Of a DNA stretch of 60,511 bases, positions 10,525-21,010 are shown piece by piece (positions within the stretch are counted from its first letter, which is position 1; each line of letters begins with the position of its first letter). Source of the stretch: Patescibacteria group bacterium (GTDB taxonomy: Bacteria > Patescibacteriota > Minisyncoccia > 2-02-FULL-40-12 > GWA2-44-9); assembly GCA_038061995.1 (NCBI GenBank), contig JBBTYA010000002.1, positions 1 through 60,511 on the forward strand, written 5' to 3'. The position numbers and the translations under genes were made by a program. The notes beneath the pieces were generated by a model, which was not told where the DNA came from, made no database searches, and saw only the letters and a program-made list of their open reading frames with translations.

Positions 10525-11791
10525 GTATGCTGGTCGCATTGAGCGCATCGCCTGGTATACGTGGTGCGCCTTGGTGCCACTACAACTACGATGGGTTCTC
10601 TGGTCAGCCGACTGGTATTTTATCGAATGGCGGTCGGTCTTCTTTTATGCGTCCGACGCGCTTTTTTGTATAGCGTTTGGTGCGTGGCTTTTACGTATGG
10701 CGCGCGCCCGAACGCCTTTGTGGCGCCCGAGTGACACTATTCTTAGCATCTTTCTCTTGTGGGCGTTACTGGGCGTAGGCTGGGCTGATAGTCGCGTTGT
10801 GGCCCTATATGCCTGGCTACGCCTTGCGCAGGGGGCTGCCATCTATTGGATGACTCGTAGTAGCGTCGGAGGGTACGTTTCCACTGCCCGCACACTGGGT
10901 GCTCTCGCGGCAGGCGTTTCGTTACAAGCGATAATTGCCATTGGGCAATATATTACTCAGCACGATCTTGGACTTCGCTTTCTTGGCGAGACACTGCTTG
11001 CCCCCGGCATGTTTGGAGTTGCCTCATTCTTTGTTGGCGATATGCCGATCCTCCGTGCCTATGGCACATTTCCTCATGCGAACGTACTGGCTGCGTGGAT
11101 GCTGTTAGCGCTTTGCATAGCCGCGGGCGTTGCCAGGTATAACCGCTCTTGGTTGTTTGGGGGCGTGATCTTTCTATGGACGTGGGCATATGCGGTTTCG
11201 TTTTCCCGCACGGCGTGGTTTGCCGGAGCAATCGTGTTACTTGGGGCGTTGGTGGTAAAGTACGCGCGCCACATCCCGCGAGCATTTCTCTGGGGGGCAG
11301 GCGTTGGAGCTGTTTCTATTTTTCTTTTGTTTCCGAATCATTTCCTCACGCGAGCGCGACTGGACTCGGGTGAGGAGGCGGTGCGCTTACGTGCGTTATA
11401 CATGAGAGAGTCTGTAGGTGCGGCATCAAGTCATCCGTTGAGTTTTACGACGATTGCTGGTGTGGGGATCGGCCAATATACGACGTGGCTTGCCGGTGCT
11501 GTTCCCTTTCTCCCGCGTCAATACTATCAACCGGCACATAGTGTTCCCATTCTTATCTTTTCCGAGCTTGGTGTTATCGGATTTGTTATAGGTATATGGT
11601 GGCTCGTGCGCGTTGGCAGTGAGCTTTTTCCACTTCGGGGCAGGGAGTTTGTTTTTTGGAGCGTGTGTGCCGTAGTCGCTACGCTTGGTTTCTTCGATCA
11701 TTTCTTTTGGACGCTTCAGCAAGGGCGCGTAGCGTTCTGGCTTTTACTAGGAGCGTTCAGTACAATGCATCCACATTGGTATGACGTCTAA
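10505..11791 (+). CDS. O-antigen ligase (Wzy_C)-family membrane protein
   Basis: RAYGTFPHANV, SFSRTAW, HSVPILIFSELGVIG, FFDHF motifs. Confidence 0.8.
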   Translation: MSFFLRKYAGRIERIAWYTWCALVPLQLRWVLWSADWYFIEWRSVFFYASDALFCIAFGAWLLRMARARTPLWRPSDTILSIFLLWALLGVGWADSRVVALYAWLRLAQGAAIYWMTRSSVGGYVSTARTLGALAAGVSLQAIIAIGQYITQHDLGLRFLGETLLAPGMFGVASFFVGDMPILRAYGTFPHANVLAAWMLLALCIAAGVARYNRSWLFGGVIFLWTWAYAVSFSRTAWFAGAIVLLGALVVKYARHIPRAFLWGAGVGAVSIFLLFPNHFLTRARLDSGEEAVRLRALYMRESVGAASSHPLSFTTIAGVGIGQYTTWLAGAVPFLPRQYYQPAHSVPILIFSELGVIGFVIGIWWLVRVGSELFPLRGREFVFWSVCAVVATLGFFDHFFWTLQQGRVAFWLLLGAFSTMHPHWYDV

Positions 11792-12401
11792 CGATCCCTC
11801 ACAGCGAATGCAACTCATGAAGGCGATTAGAGATGAGGTGTTCGCATTTCACACTTCTCCTCTGTATCACGAACGCGTACAAGCCGGTGTATTTCCAGTT
11901 ATCGGAGAGGGGAGTCATGATGCGCGGATCGTATTCGTTGGCGAAGCTCCTGGGAAGAATGAAGCGCTGACGGGGAGGCCCTTCTGTGGTGCTTCTGGAA
12001 AAGTACTGGACATATTACTTGCAGGTGTGGGTATTGCGCGTGGCGATGTCTACATTACGAATGTGGTGAAAGATAGGCCGCCAATGAATCGCGACCCTCT
12101 TCCTGAAGAGATTGCTGCATACGGTCCGTTCCTCGAGCGTCAGCTTTCTATTATTCAACCAAACGTTATTGCACCACTAGGACGTTTTGCTATGGCATAC
12201 GTTATGCAGTTGTATGGCATCGGAGATGAGGTAAAACCAATTAGCCATATCCATGGTACGGCGTTCACGGGAGCCGCGCCGTGGGGAGTCGTCCACGTAG
12301 TGCCTCTCTACCATCCCGCAGTTGCGGTGTATAATCGTACTATGTTGCCAACGCTCCAAAAGGACATAGAGCAACTCACTCAATTAGTGGCGCATCAGTA
12401 A
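11781..12401 (+). CDS. Uracil-DNA glycosylase, family 4-like
   Basis: FVGEAPGKNE, GRPFCG, TNVVKDRPP, YHPA. Confidence 0.92.
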   Translation: MTSNDPSQRMQLMKAIRDEVFAFHTSPLYHERVQAGVFPVIGEGSHDARIVFVGEAPGKNEALTGRPFCGASGKVLDILLAGVGIARGDVYITNVVKDRPPMNRDPLPEEIAAYGPFLERQLSIIQPNVIAPLGRFAMAYVMQLYGIGDEVKPISHIHGTAFTGAAPWGVVHVVPLYHPAVAVYNRTMLPTLQKDIEQLTQLVAHQ

Positions 12402-13078
12402 TGGAAGCACTCATACAAACACTGCAGGGGTATATCGGGAGCATCGATCAATATTGGTATCTCATTCTTTTCGTCGGGCTTTTTATTGAAGGGTTTAGCG
12501 CCTTACTTATCGGCGGCTTTCTTATTTCTATTGGTGCTATCGCGCTAGTACCTGGGATTATCGTATTAAGTGCGGGAGAAATATTGGCAGGATACATGTG
12601 GTATGGCGTCGGAGTATGGGGCGGCACTGCCTCACTGCAGTGGTTTGTGCGTGGGCGACCTAGCCGTGAGCGGCTACTCACAAGAGTGCGCAAAGCATTT
12701 GAACAATATGGGGGAGCGGTTATTTTTCTTGCAAAGGTTACTTTTTCTATCACTATCGTAACGCAAATTCTCGCAGGTTCTCTTAAATATCCATTCAAAA
12801 AGTTTTCGCTCTACAATATTACGGGTTCTCTTATTTGGGTTGGGATTGTTGCTGGATTCGGATTCTTCTTTGGGGCGAGCTACCAGGCGTTCGTGGATTA
12901 CTGGGATAGCGTCAGTAATATGATTATGGTGGCGCTGGTGACTATCGCACTCGTTATGCTATTTCGGTCACTCTTCCGCTCGGTTATTACTGAATACCTC
13001 GATGTTGCAGAGGGCATTGAGCGCATTCATACCATTTCACATCGGTGGCTCCGTAAGCTTTTCGGCCCACACGAATAG
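12401..13078 (+). CDS. DedA-family membrane protein
   Basis: GLFIEG, AGEILAGYMWYGVG, GSLKYPFKKF..N..GSLIW pattern. Confidence 0.8.
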   Translation: MEALIQTLQGYIGSIDQYWYLILFVGLFIEGFSALLIGGFLISIGAIALVPGIIVLSAGEILAGYMWYGVGVWGGTASLQWFVRGRPSRERLLTRVRKAFEQYGGAVIFLAKVTFSITIVTQILAGSLKYPFKKFSLYNITGSLIWVGIVAGFGFFFGASYQAFVDYWDSVSNMIMVALVTIALVMLFRSLFRSVITEYLDVAEGIERIHTISHRWLRKLFGPHE

Positions 13079-13129
13079 GCCGCGTTTTATTGTCTGTGAG
13101 CCGTTGGTATGGTATACTCTAAGAACATT

Positions 13130-14296
13130 ATGAATCTTAGGAAATATGCGGTGTTTTGCGCGCTTTCTCTGGCGCTCACGCTCTCGCATTCCGCACAGGC
13201 TGCTTCTAAGCAATCCAACCCGGAATCCCGGTTTTTTGTGAAGTCGCAATCTCCACTATGGCGAAACAGCTTCAATGCGCGCCATGTTTTTCCTGAAGGC
13301 TTTTCTGCCAATCTCTCTGATTGGCAGCTTCGTGTTGCTCGCGCATTTAATATAGATGTTCAGCCTCTTGGCCAGCTCTTTATTTTAGAAGAGGCCGCAC
13401 CGCAGGAGCGCGCATTACCTGATGCGTCAATTCCTTGGGGTGTTGGAGCAATGTATGACCTTCCTTCTCTTGCCACTCGCCCTGTGGGCGGCAAAGGCGT
13501 TTCCGTCGCGGTTGTTGATACGGGCGTTTCACAACACCCTGATCTTGATCGCCGTGTCTCGCTTTGCAAAGATTTTACGGTTGCACGAGGAGCTACAAAT
13601 GTGTGCATTGATACCAACGGTCATGGCACTCATGTCGCTGGGGTCATAGCCGCCGATGGTGGGGAAGACGGACTTGGTATTTTTGGTGTTGCGCCTGAAG
13701 CATCTCTTGCGATTTACAAGGCATGCTCTGCAGAGGGTGAGTGTTGGGTTGACGATGTTGCTGCTGCGATTCGCGCGGGCGTTGATGATGGTGCGCAGAT
13801 CGTTGTGGTGAGCGCCGGTGCAGATTCTGCGCACAGCGTTTTAGCAAATGCAGTAAAATATGCTCTTGATAAAGGAGTTCTTGTCATCGCTGCCGCGGGG
13901 AATGATGGGCCATACGCGGGAAGCGTTGACACACCAGCTCGTTTGTCCGGAGTGCTTGCCGTTGGCGCACTTGATACCCAAGGCGGTACTCCAGAATGGA
14001 GCTCTCGTGGTTCGAACTCACGCTCGCTCCTAGGCGTGCTCGAAGATGGAGATATCGCTTTTGCTGCTCCTGGCGTGCGCGTGCAAGGTCCTTGGCTTTC
14101 TGGTGTATATGCTGAACTTTCTGGCACCTCTGTTGCCGCCCCGCACGTTGCTGGCGTTGCTGCAAAAGTGTGGAATGCAAGTGTAAAGAATCCGGCGTAC
14201 TATGTGCGCGATGTTCTCGAGAAGATCGCTCGCGATCAAGGCGTTGAAGGTGAAGACAACGCAACGGGTCTTGGCACTCCCGTGATCAGTCAGTAG
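13130..14296 (+). CDS. Secreted subtilisin-like S8 serine peptidase
   Basis: Signal peptide; catalytic motifs VDTG, HGTHVAG, AAAGN, GTSVAAPHVAG. Confidence 0.93.
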   Translation: MNLRKYAVFCALSLALTLSHSAQAASKQSNPESRFFVKSQSPLWRNSFNARHVFPEGFSANLSDWQLRVARAFNIDVQPLGQLFILEEAAPQERALPDASIPWGVGAMYDLPSLATRPVGGKGVSVAVVDTGVSQHPDLDRRVSLCKDFTVARGATNVCIDTNGHGTHVAGVIAADGGEDGLGIFGVAPEASLAIYKACSAEGECWVDDVAAAIRAGVDDGAQIVVVSAGADSAHSVLANAVKYALDKGVLVIAAAGNDGPYAGSVDTPARLSGVLAVGALDTQGGTPEWSSRGSNSRSLLGVLEDGDIAFAAPGVRVQGPWLSGVYAELSGTSVAAPHVAGVAAKVWNASVKNPAYYVRDVLEKIARDQGVEGEDNATGLGTPVISQ

Positions 14297-14316
14297 GAGT
14301 AGATAAAAAGAATCCC

Positions 14317-14347
14317 CGACGCCGCATTGCGGCGTTGCTTTGTTTTT
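14317..14347 (+). terminator. Intrinsic terminator
   Basis: CGACGCCGC-att-GCGGCGTTG followed by a T-rich tract. Confidence 0.6.
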
Positions 14348-14363
14348 CGGTACAATAGAGGTA

Positions 14364-14984
14364 ATGCGAATCAATCACGTCATCAAGACGCTCATCACTT
14401 CAGATTTTCTTATTAACTCTGGCTTCGCATCCTTCGGCCCGATCTTTGCGATATTCATCACACAGCAGATAGATGGTGGGTCAGTGCAAGTCGTTGGCTT
14501 TGGTACGGCAATTGCGCAACTCTGCAAAGTGCTCTTCCAAATTCCAGTAGCTCGGTATCTTGATAAGAATCATGGAGAGTACGATGATTTTATTTCTATG
14601 GTTCTTGGGACCGCGCTTGTTTCTGCTATTCCGTTTCTTTATCTCTTTGCTTCGCTACCGCTCCACATTTATCTCATTCAAGGATTATTCGGCCTAGGGC
14701 TCGCACTTACTGTGCCGCCTTGGTATGCCATTTTTACGCGCCATATTGATCGAGGGCAGGAGAATGTTGAATGGTCGCTCGAATCAGTGGCGGTTGGCAT
14801 CTCGGGAGCATGCGCCGCGGCTCTCGGAGGGTTGCTCGCAACGCACTTTGGATTTCAATCAGTATTCTTTGTGGCGGGGCTCTTTACGATGGCGGGGATG
14901 GGTGTACAGTTGTTGATATACAACGATCTTCGTCGCAAGGTACCACGAGGTGTTGTAAAACCGAACCCAGATCGCATCGGATAG
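14364..14984 (+). CDS. Half-size (about 6 TM) MFS-like protein
   Basis: MFS motif A-like ARYLDKNHGE; only about 206 aa. Confidence 0.7.
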   Translation: MRINHVIKTLITSDFLINSGFASFGPIFAIFITQQIDGGSVQVVGFGTAIAQLCKVLFQIPVARYLDKNHGEYDDFISMVLGTALVSAIPFLYLFASLPLHIYLIQGLFGLGLALTVPPWYAIFTRHIDRGQENVEWSLESVAVGISGACAAALGGLLATHFGFQSVFFVAGLFTMAGMGVQLLIYNDLRRKVPRGVVKPNPDRIG

Positions 14985-14994
14985 TATCTCTCAT

Positions 14995-16134
14995 ATGGAA
15001 CTTCGTTTTCTTCTTGTCGGTGGCGGCTCTGGTGGGCATGCGTTTCCGCTTGCTGCTATCGGTCGCGCACTTGGTGAGCGCGTTACTGCGCAAAGTTACA
15101 CTCCTCGCATCCTTATGCTTGGTATCGGTGGTCGCGATGGGTTTCTTGCTCGCGCCGCAACGGAGTATGGGTTTGCATACACGTCTATTTTTGCAGGGAA
15201 GACGGATCGTAGCATTGTGCGCTTGCCGTGGGAGGCGTTCAAAACAAGCGTTGGCTTTTTGCAATCGCTATGGCACCTTCTCTGGTTTATGCCCGATGCG
15301 GTTATTAGTAAGGGCGGATACGATTCACTGGCACCGGCTCTTGTCGCATGGCTCTATCGCATCCCACTGTTTCTCCATGAGTCTGACGCTGTTCCCGGCT
15401 CGGTACAGCGCATCGTGACGCCCTTTGCAAAGAGTGTGTTTCTAGGGTTTAAAGAGGCTCAGCGTTTTTTTGGTACAACGCCTACGCTCGTAACGGGGAA
15501 TCCAGTGCGCCCCAACATCACAACGGGTAATCGCGAGAGGGCGATAACAACCTTTCATGTACAGAAAGAGATCCCAACACTTTTCGTTCTTGGAGGGAGT
15601 CAGGGTGCACAACAAATAAACGATATTATTCTTAGCGGTATTTCTGAAATAACAGAAGCGTATAATGTCATCCACCAGTGTGGTACGGAAAAACATCCTG
15701 CCGTACAAGCGGAACGCGAGCGTCTCATTCGTGATGGTGCGGGTTCGTACGGAGATCGGATTGCCGCTCGATACAGCGCAGTCCCATTTCTTGACGGACA
15801 AGAGCTCGCAGATGCGTATGCGCTCGCAGACGTCGTGATTGCCCGCGCGGGCGCCGGTACGCTCGCGGAGCTTTTGGTATTAGGGAAGCCGGCCGTTGTG
15901 GTGCCGCTCGCATGGGCGGCCCACGGACACCAGCTGGCGAATGCTGCAGCGGTTGCAACCTATGGCGTGCGCATCGTTGAGGGGGCGAATATTACGCCGC
16001 ATATTCTTATGAATCAGGTGCGTGCACTTCTTGATCCCAGTGAGCGCGACCGCGTGAGCGCTCTTATGCGTACGGGCGCACAGCCAGATGCCGCTATGCG
16101 TATTGCAGATGCCGTGCTCACGAGTATACTCTAA
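14995..16134 (+). CDS. murG: MurG glycosyltransferase
   Basis: GGGSGGH, SKGGY, HESD, GNPVR, GGSQGA, RAGAGT, HQLANA. Confidence 0.93.
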   Translation: MELRFLLVGGGSGGHAFPLAAIGRALGERVTAQSYTPRILMLGIGGRDGFLARAATEYGFAYTSIFAGKTDRSIVRLPWEAFKTSVGFLQSLWHLLWFMPDAVISKGGYDSLAPALVAWLYRIPLFLHESDAVPGSVQRIVTPFAKSVFLGFKEAQRFFGTTPTLVTGNPVRPNITTGNRERAITTFHVQKEIPTLFVLGGSQGAQQINDIILSGISEITEAYNVIHQCGTEKHPAVQAERERLIRDGAGSYGDRIAARYSAVPFLDGQELADAYALADVVIARAGAGTLAELLVLGKPAVVVPLAWAAHGHQLANAAAVATYGVRIVEGANITPHILMNQVRALLDPSERDRVSALMRTGAQPDAAMRIADAVLTSIL

Positions 16135-16139
16135 CCACC

Positions 16140-16967
16140 ATGTCGTGGCGTACTATCGGTTTTGAGACTCACAAAAAGCGCTGGGAACAAGGGCTCCCTA
16201 GTGGAGCTCACGCATTTTTGTGGTCCGGTCTTGGAGGTATCGGAAAGCGCACATTCGCGCTCGAGCTTATCGAGCGCATACAGCCAAACCCGGGAGCGCG
16301 TATCATTATTGCGCCCCAAGACGATTCGGGGGACCACTCCATCTCCATTGAAGCGGTTCGAGACATTATTCCGCTTACCGCGCTTGCATCTGCTCACGGG
16401 CCACTGTGCATTATCGTGGACGACATTGAGTCGCTCACGCGCGAGGCGGCAAACGCTTTTTTAAAAACACTTGAAGAGCCGCGCGGCCCTACACTCTTTA
16501 TCGGCATTACGAGCCGTCCAGGATCTGTCCTTCCCACTATTCGTTCTCGGTGTATTGGAGAATCATTTCCATCGCATAGCGACGCTGTCATTGCTGCGCT
16601 TCCGGAAATACAATCATTAAAAAAGGAAGATCGCGAACAGGCTGTTGCCATAGCATGCGGGCGTATCGGTTGGGTAAATCGCGCTCACGCCTCTGAAACA
16701 CTTGTGGAGTTGTGCGCTTATGCTGCCGCATTTGAGAAGTTGCAAACACAGAGCGTGGCAGAACGCTTTGTGTTTGCACAAAAGCTTATTGCAGATGAGG
16801 GCCTTTCTGACGCGCTTGATGTGTGGGTCGCAGCCGCGCATCGAAACTCTTCCAACTTCGCCTCGCGGCCTCACGTGCTGCGCGGCCTTTTAGATCTCGC
16901 AGAAAGTGCGCGATTTACGAATGCAAATCAGCGCATTGCGCTTGAAAGCTTTCTTATGAGTTTCTGA
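16140..16967 (+). CDS. holB: DNA polymerase III delta-prime subunit
   Basis: HAFLWSG..GIGK, AANAFLKTLEEP, LPTIRSRC. Confidence 0.88.
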   Translation: MSWRTIGFETHKKRWEQGLPSGAHAFLWSGLGGIGKRTFALELIERIQPNPGARIIIAPQDDSGDHSISIEAVRDIIPLTALASAHGPLCIIVDDIESLTREAANAFLKTLEEPRGPTLFIGITSRPGSVLPTIRSRCIGESFPSHSDAVIAALPEIQSLKKEDREQAVAIACGRIGWVNRAHASETLVELCAYAAAFEKLQTQSVAERFVFAQKLIADEGLSDALDVWVAAAHRNSSNFASRPHVLRGLLDLAESARFTNANQRIALESFLMSF

Positions 16968-17005
16968 CTTTCGTTTCTCCCGCTCCTCTGATACACTTGG
17001 CAGGT

Positions 17006-17563
17006 ATGTATCAAGCACTTATTCAGTCAAAAAAGAAGGATTTTGATGGTGTTTTTGCCTTTGCACAACAGGAGGCGTCTATGTTGCGCACGGGTCGGGC
17101 GCACAGCAGTATCGTTTCCGATGTTCCTGTGGAGTATCTCGGCTCCCGTCTGACCGTAAAAGAACTCGCTACAATCACTGTTCCTGAACCTCGTACCATA
17201 TTCATTCAGCCGTGGGACAAGGGAGCGCTCTCTGCTATCGAGTCGGGTATCCGCGCGAGCTCTTTAGGGCTGAACCCAGTTGTTGATGGCACTACTGTTC
17301 GACTCACGATCCCATCGCTTACAGAAGAACGTCGAAAAGAGTTAGTACGCACACTGAATAGCAAAATGGAGGAGGCGCGTATTCGTATCCGCCAAGTTCG
17401 TGAAGATATTTTAAAGAAGGTGCAAACGGCGGTGCGTGAAAAAGAAGCTCGCGAAGATGATCTACGTCATGCGAAAGACGCGGTGCAAAAGATTGTTGAC
17501 GACCTCAATAAGAAAATTGATACACTTGCACAGGCAAAAGAGCAAGAACTCATGCAATCATAA
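17006..17563 (+). CDS. frr: Ribosome recycling factor
   Basis: LRTGRA, IQPWDK, LGLNP..DG, PSLTEERRKEL. Confidence 0.96.
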   Translation: MYQALIQSKKKDFDGVFAFAQQEASMLRTGRAHSSIVSDVPVEYLGSRLTVKELATITVPEPRTIFIQPWDKGALSAIESGIRASSLGLNPVVDGTTVRLTIPSLTEERRKELVRTLNSKMEEARIRIRQVREDILKKVQTAVREKEAREDDLRHAKDAVQKIVDDLNKKIDTLAQAKEQELMQS

Positions 17564-18648
17564 TGACCGCAATTCTCTTCATCCTCGTCATTAGTTTGCT
17601 GATCTTTATCCATGAGCTTGGCCATTTTATTATGGCGAAGCGTGCAGGCATGCGTGTTGAAGAATTTGGATTTGGCTTTCCCCCGCGTCTCTGGGGAGTG
17701 ACGCGTGGAGAAACGGTTTACTCTATAAACTGGATTCCGTTCGGGGGATTCGTAAAAGTGTTTGGGGAGGACGGCGAGCATGCGGCATCTCCTCGTAGTT
17801 TTTCTGCCGGCACTGCCTGGCAACGATTTGCGGTTCTTGTCGCTGGCATTGTGATGAACTTTTTGCTCGCAGTTGTATTTCTCACCGTCAACAATGCGGT
17901 GGGTGTTCGAACGGCGCTTGATGAAGCTGACCAGGCTATGATCGCCGCGGCAACGCATAAGGCGGTTTATATTGCTCGTGTAGCCCCCGAGAGCCCCGCA
18001 GAAGCCGCAGGGATGCGCACATTGGATGTATTAGTCTCTGCACGACGTGGCGACGTGCTACAGTCCATTATGACCGCGGCTGATGTGCAAACATTTACGA
18101 ATACATACAAGGGCGAAACGGTACAATTTACACTGAAGCGTGGTGAAGAAATGCTTGTGCGCGATGTCGCGCTTCGGGCCGATCCGCCAGTGGGACAGGG
18201 ACCACTGGGTATCTCTCCATTGTTGATCGGCAAGGTCTCGCATCCGTGGTACGAAGCTCCTCTTCGTGGTTTCCTTGATGCGGCACGCCTTACGTGGGTG
18301 ACGGTGCAGGGATACGCATCACTTCTAGCCCAACTGGTAACAACGGGAACAGTGAGCGCTGATCTCTCTGGCCCTATCGGTATCGCGTCGCTGACGGGCC
18401 AGGCCGCTCGCGTGGGCTGGGATTATCTCATCCAGTTTATTGCGATGATCTCTATCAACTTGGCCGTATTAAACGCATTCCCGTTCCCAGCACTTGATGG
18501 CGGAAGAATCCTCTTTCTGGCGATAGAAAAAATCCGCGGCGCGCCTCTTGCGCATACCACAGAAGGACTCGTGAATGGCGTGGGATTTCTTGTACTGCTT
18601 CTTGCGATGATCCTCATCACCGCTCGTGACGTGATGCAATTATTCTAA
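17563..18648 (+). CDS. rseP: RseP-like M50 intramembrane metalloprotease with PDZ domain
   Basis: HELGH, PFGGFVK, NLAVLNAFPFPALDGGR. Confidence 0.93.
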   Translation: MTAILFILVISLLIFIHELGHFIMAKRAGMRVEEFGFGFPPRLWGVTRGETVYSINWIPFGGFVKVFGEDGEHAASPRSFSAGTAWQRFAVLVAGIVMNFLLAVVFLTVNNAVGVRTALDEADQAMIAAATHKAVYIARVAPESPAEAAGMRTLDVLVSARRGDVLQSIMTAADVQTFTNTYKGETVQFTLKRGEEMLVRDVALRADPPVGQGPLGISPLLIGKVSHPWYEAPLRGFLDAARLTWVTVQGYASLLAQLVTTGTVSADLSGPIGIASLTGQAARVGWDYLIQFIAMISINLAVLNAFPFPALDGGRILFLAIEKIRGAPLAHTTEGLVNGVGFLVLLLAMILITARDVMQLF

Positions 18649-18652
18649 CGAT

Positions 18653-19900
18653 ATGCGATTTTCAAAACTACTTACAAAAACACTCCGCCATGCTCCTGCT
18701 GATGAAAGCGCAGTGAATGCGCAGCTTCTTGCGCGTGGGGGATTCGTACACAAGGAAATGGCGGGTGTGTATAGCATACTGCCCCTCGGTCTTCGTGTTG
18801 TCGAAAAAATCGTGCGTATTATCGCAGAAGAAATGGATGCCATCGGCGGGGTGCAGATGAGAACGTCGGTGCTTCAGAACAAGGACATATGGGAAAAGAC
18901 AGGACGTTGGGATGATGCCGTCGTGGACAATTGGTTTAAAACAACTCTCAAAAGCGGCGGAGAAGTTGGTCTCTCATTCACGAACGAAGAAGCATACGCG
19001 GCAATCGTCAAAAATTTTGTGAGCTCGTATAAAGATCTTCCCGTCTACCCCTACGATTTTAAAACTATCTTTCGCAATGAAGCACGTGCGAAGAGTGGCA
19101 TTCTCCGTGGTCGGGAATTTTATTGGAAAGCACTTTACTCGTTTTCAAAAAACAAGGAAGAGCACGATGTTTTCTACGAACATGCGAAAGAGGCATACCG
19201 CCGCGTTTTCGAACGCGTAGGCATTGGCGCGCGTACCTACCAGACATTCGCATCGGGCGGGACATTCTCAAAATACTCACACGAGTTTCAAATGCTCTCA
19301 GATGCCGGTGAAGACACTATTTACGTGCATAAAGAAAAGGGCGTTGCGGTGAATCGCGAGGTGCTTACTGATGAAGTACTCGCAGACCTTAGTCTCAATC
19401 GCGACGAGCTTACTGAAGAGAAGGCTATCGAAGTGGGTAACATATTCTCGCTTGGGTTTAAGTTCTCGGAACCTTTTAACCTTACCTATAAAGATAGCGA
19501 AGGAAATGACGTGCCGGTGTTTATGGGCTCCTATGGCATTGGTATCACGCGACTCATGGGTGCGATTGTAGAGGCATCGCATGATGATCGTGGTATTATC
19601 TGGCCCGAGACGGTCGCTCCGTATCGTGTGCATCTTATATCGCTGGGGGATGCTGCTGAACGAGCCGATACTCTTTATGTCGCACTTACGAAAGAAGGGA
19701 TTGAAGTACTTTATGATGACCGCATAGACGCAACCGCCGGCGAGAAGTTTGTTGACGCAGATCTCATCGGTTGTCCTCTGCGGTGTGTGATTAGCGAGAA
19801 AACCGTTGCGCAAGACGTGATCGAGATGAAGCGTCGTGCTGTGTCTGAGCCAGAGCTTGTCACCTACGAAGAACTCATGAACGCGTGCCGTTCTCTCTAG
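18653..19900 (+). CDS. proS: Prolyl-tRNA ligase (short form)
   Basis: FRNEARAKSGILRGREF, IEVGNIFSLG, MGSYGIGITR, anticodon domain DADLIG. Confidence 0.95.
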   Translation: MRFSKLLTKTLRHAPADESAVNAQLLARGGFVHKEMAGVYSILPLGLRVVEKIVRIIAEEMDAIGGVQMRTSVLQNKDIWEKTGRWDDAVVDNWFKTTLKSGGEVGLSFTNEEAYAAIVKNFVSSYKDLPVYPYDFKTIFRNEARAKSGILRGREFYWKALYSFSKNKEEHDVFYEHAKEAYRRVFERVGIGARTYQTFASGGTFSKYSHEFQMLSDAGEDTIYVHKEKGVAVNREVLTDEVLADLSLNRDELTEEKAIEVGNIFSLGFKFSEPFNLTYKDSEGNDVPVFMGSYGIGITRLMGAIVEASHDDRGIIWPETVAPYRVHLISLGDAAERADTLYVALTKEGIEVLYDDRIDATAGEKFVDADLIGCPLRCVISEKTVAQDVIEMKRRAVSEPELVTYEELMNACRSL

Positions 19901-19945
19901 ATCTTTGCGTCCCCAGAGGCTTTCTGCTAGGGTTGACGTGCTCTC

Positions 19946-21007
19946 ATGCTCAGTAAATTTTTTGGACTCTGGTCAAAGGATATTGGCATCGATTTAGGTA
20001 CGGCAAATACCCTCGTCTATGTGCGCGGCAAGGGCATTGTTATTAATGAACCTTCGATCGTCGCACTCAACCAAAAGACTGGAAAAATTCTTGCTATCGG
20101 CGAAGGCGCGCGCCGTATGGTTGGCCGTACGCCAGGTCACATTGTCGTAACGCGCCCGATGGTAAATGGCGTTGTTTCTGACTTCGACGTCACCGAGCAG
20201 ATGTTGAAGTATTTTATTGATCGCGTTCATCGCGAAGGTTTCACCCTATTGCCGCGTCCTCGAGTTGTCGTCGGTATTCCTTCTGGCGTTACAGAAGTGG
20301 AGAAGCGTGCTGTGGAAGACGCAACATATAACGCCGGCGCTCGCGAAGTATTTCTTATAGAAGAGCCCATGGCAGCTGCTATCGGTGCTCGTTTACCCGT
20401 ACAAGAAGCTGTTGCGAATGTCATCGTAGACATGGGCGGCGGAACTACCGAAGTTGCCGTGATTTCTATGGGAGGTCTCATTGCTTCGCGCTCTCTCCGT
20501 ATCGCGGGAGATAAGCTTATTGATGATATCATCCGCTATATGCGCGACGAGCGGAATATTCTTATTGGTGAAGCAACCGCAGAAAATTTAAAAGTAACCC
20601 TTGGTTCCGCACACCCACTCCAGGAAGAATTAAAAGGTACGGTGCGTGGGCGAGACCTGGTCTCTGGTTTGCCACGAGAAATCGCCGTATCATCACATGA
20701 TATTCGTGAGGCAATGCAGCGTTCTATCAGAAGCATTGTCACGGCGATTAAAGATACTATCGAACAAACGCCACCAGAGCTTACCGCTGATCTTATCAAT
20801 CGTCAGGTCTATTTAGCGGGTGGTGGGGCGCTCTTGCGCGGCTTAGACACTATGATCGCCGCAGAGACGCAGCTCAATGTTACCGTTGTCGACGACCCAC
20901 TCACGGCAGTCGCTCGTGGATGTGGTATGGTGCTAGAGAATATTGATGAGCTTCGATCGATGCTCGTGGCGATTGATCGCCAAGCATATACATCGCTCTC
21001 ATCGTAG
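19946..21007 (+). CDS. mreB: Rod shape-determining protein MreB
   Basis: DIGIDLGTANT, IEEPMAAAIGA, VDMGGGTTE, GGGALLRG. Confidence 0.98.
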   Translation: MLSKFFGLWSKDIGIDLGTANTLVYVRGKGIVINEPSIVALNQKTGKILAIGEGARRMVGRTPGHIVVTRPMVNGVVSDFDVTEQMLKYFIDRVHREGFTLLPRPRVVVGIPSGVTEVEKRAVEDATYNAGAREVFLIEEPMAAAIGARLPVQEAVANVIVDMGGGTTEVAVISMGGLIASRSLRIAGDKLIDDIIRYMRDERNILIGEATAENLKVTLGSAHPLQEELKGTVRGRDLVSGLPREIAVSSHDIREAMQRSIRSIVTAIKDTIEQTPPELTADLINRQVYLAGGGALLRGLDTMIAAETQLNVTVVDDPLTAVARGCGMVLENIDELRSMLVAIDRQAYTSLSS

Positions 21008-21010
21008 CGA

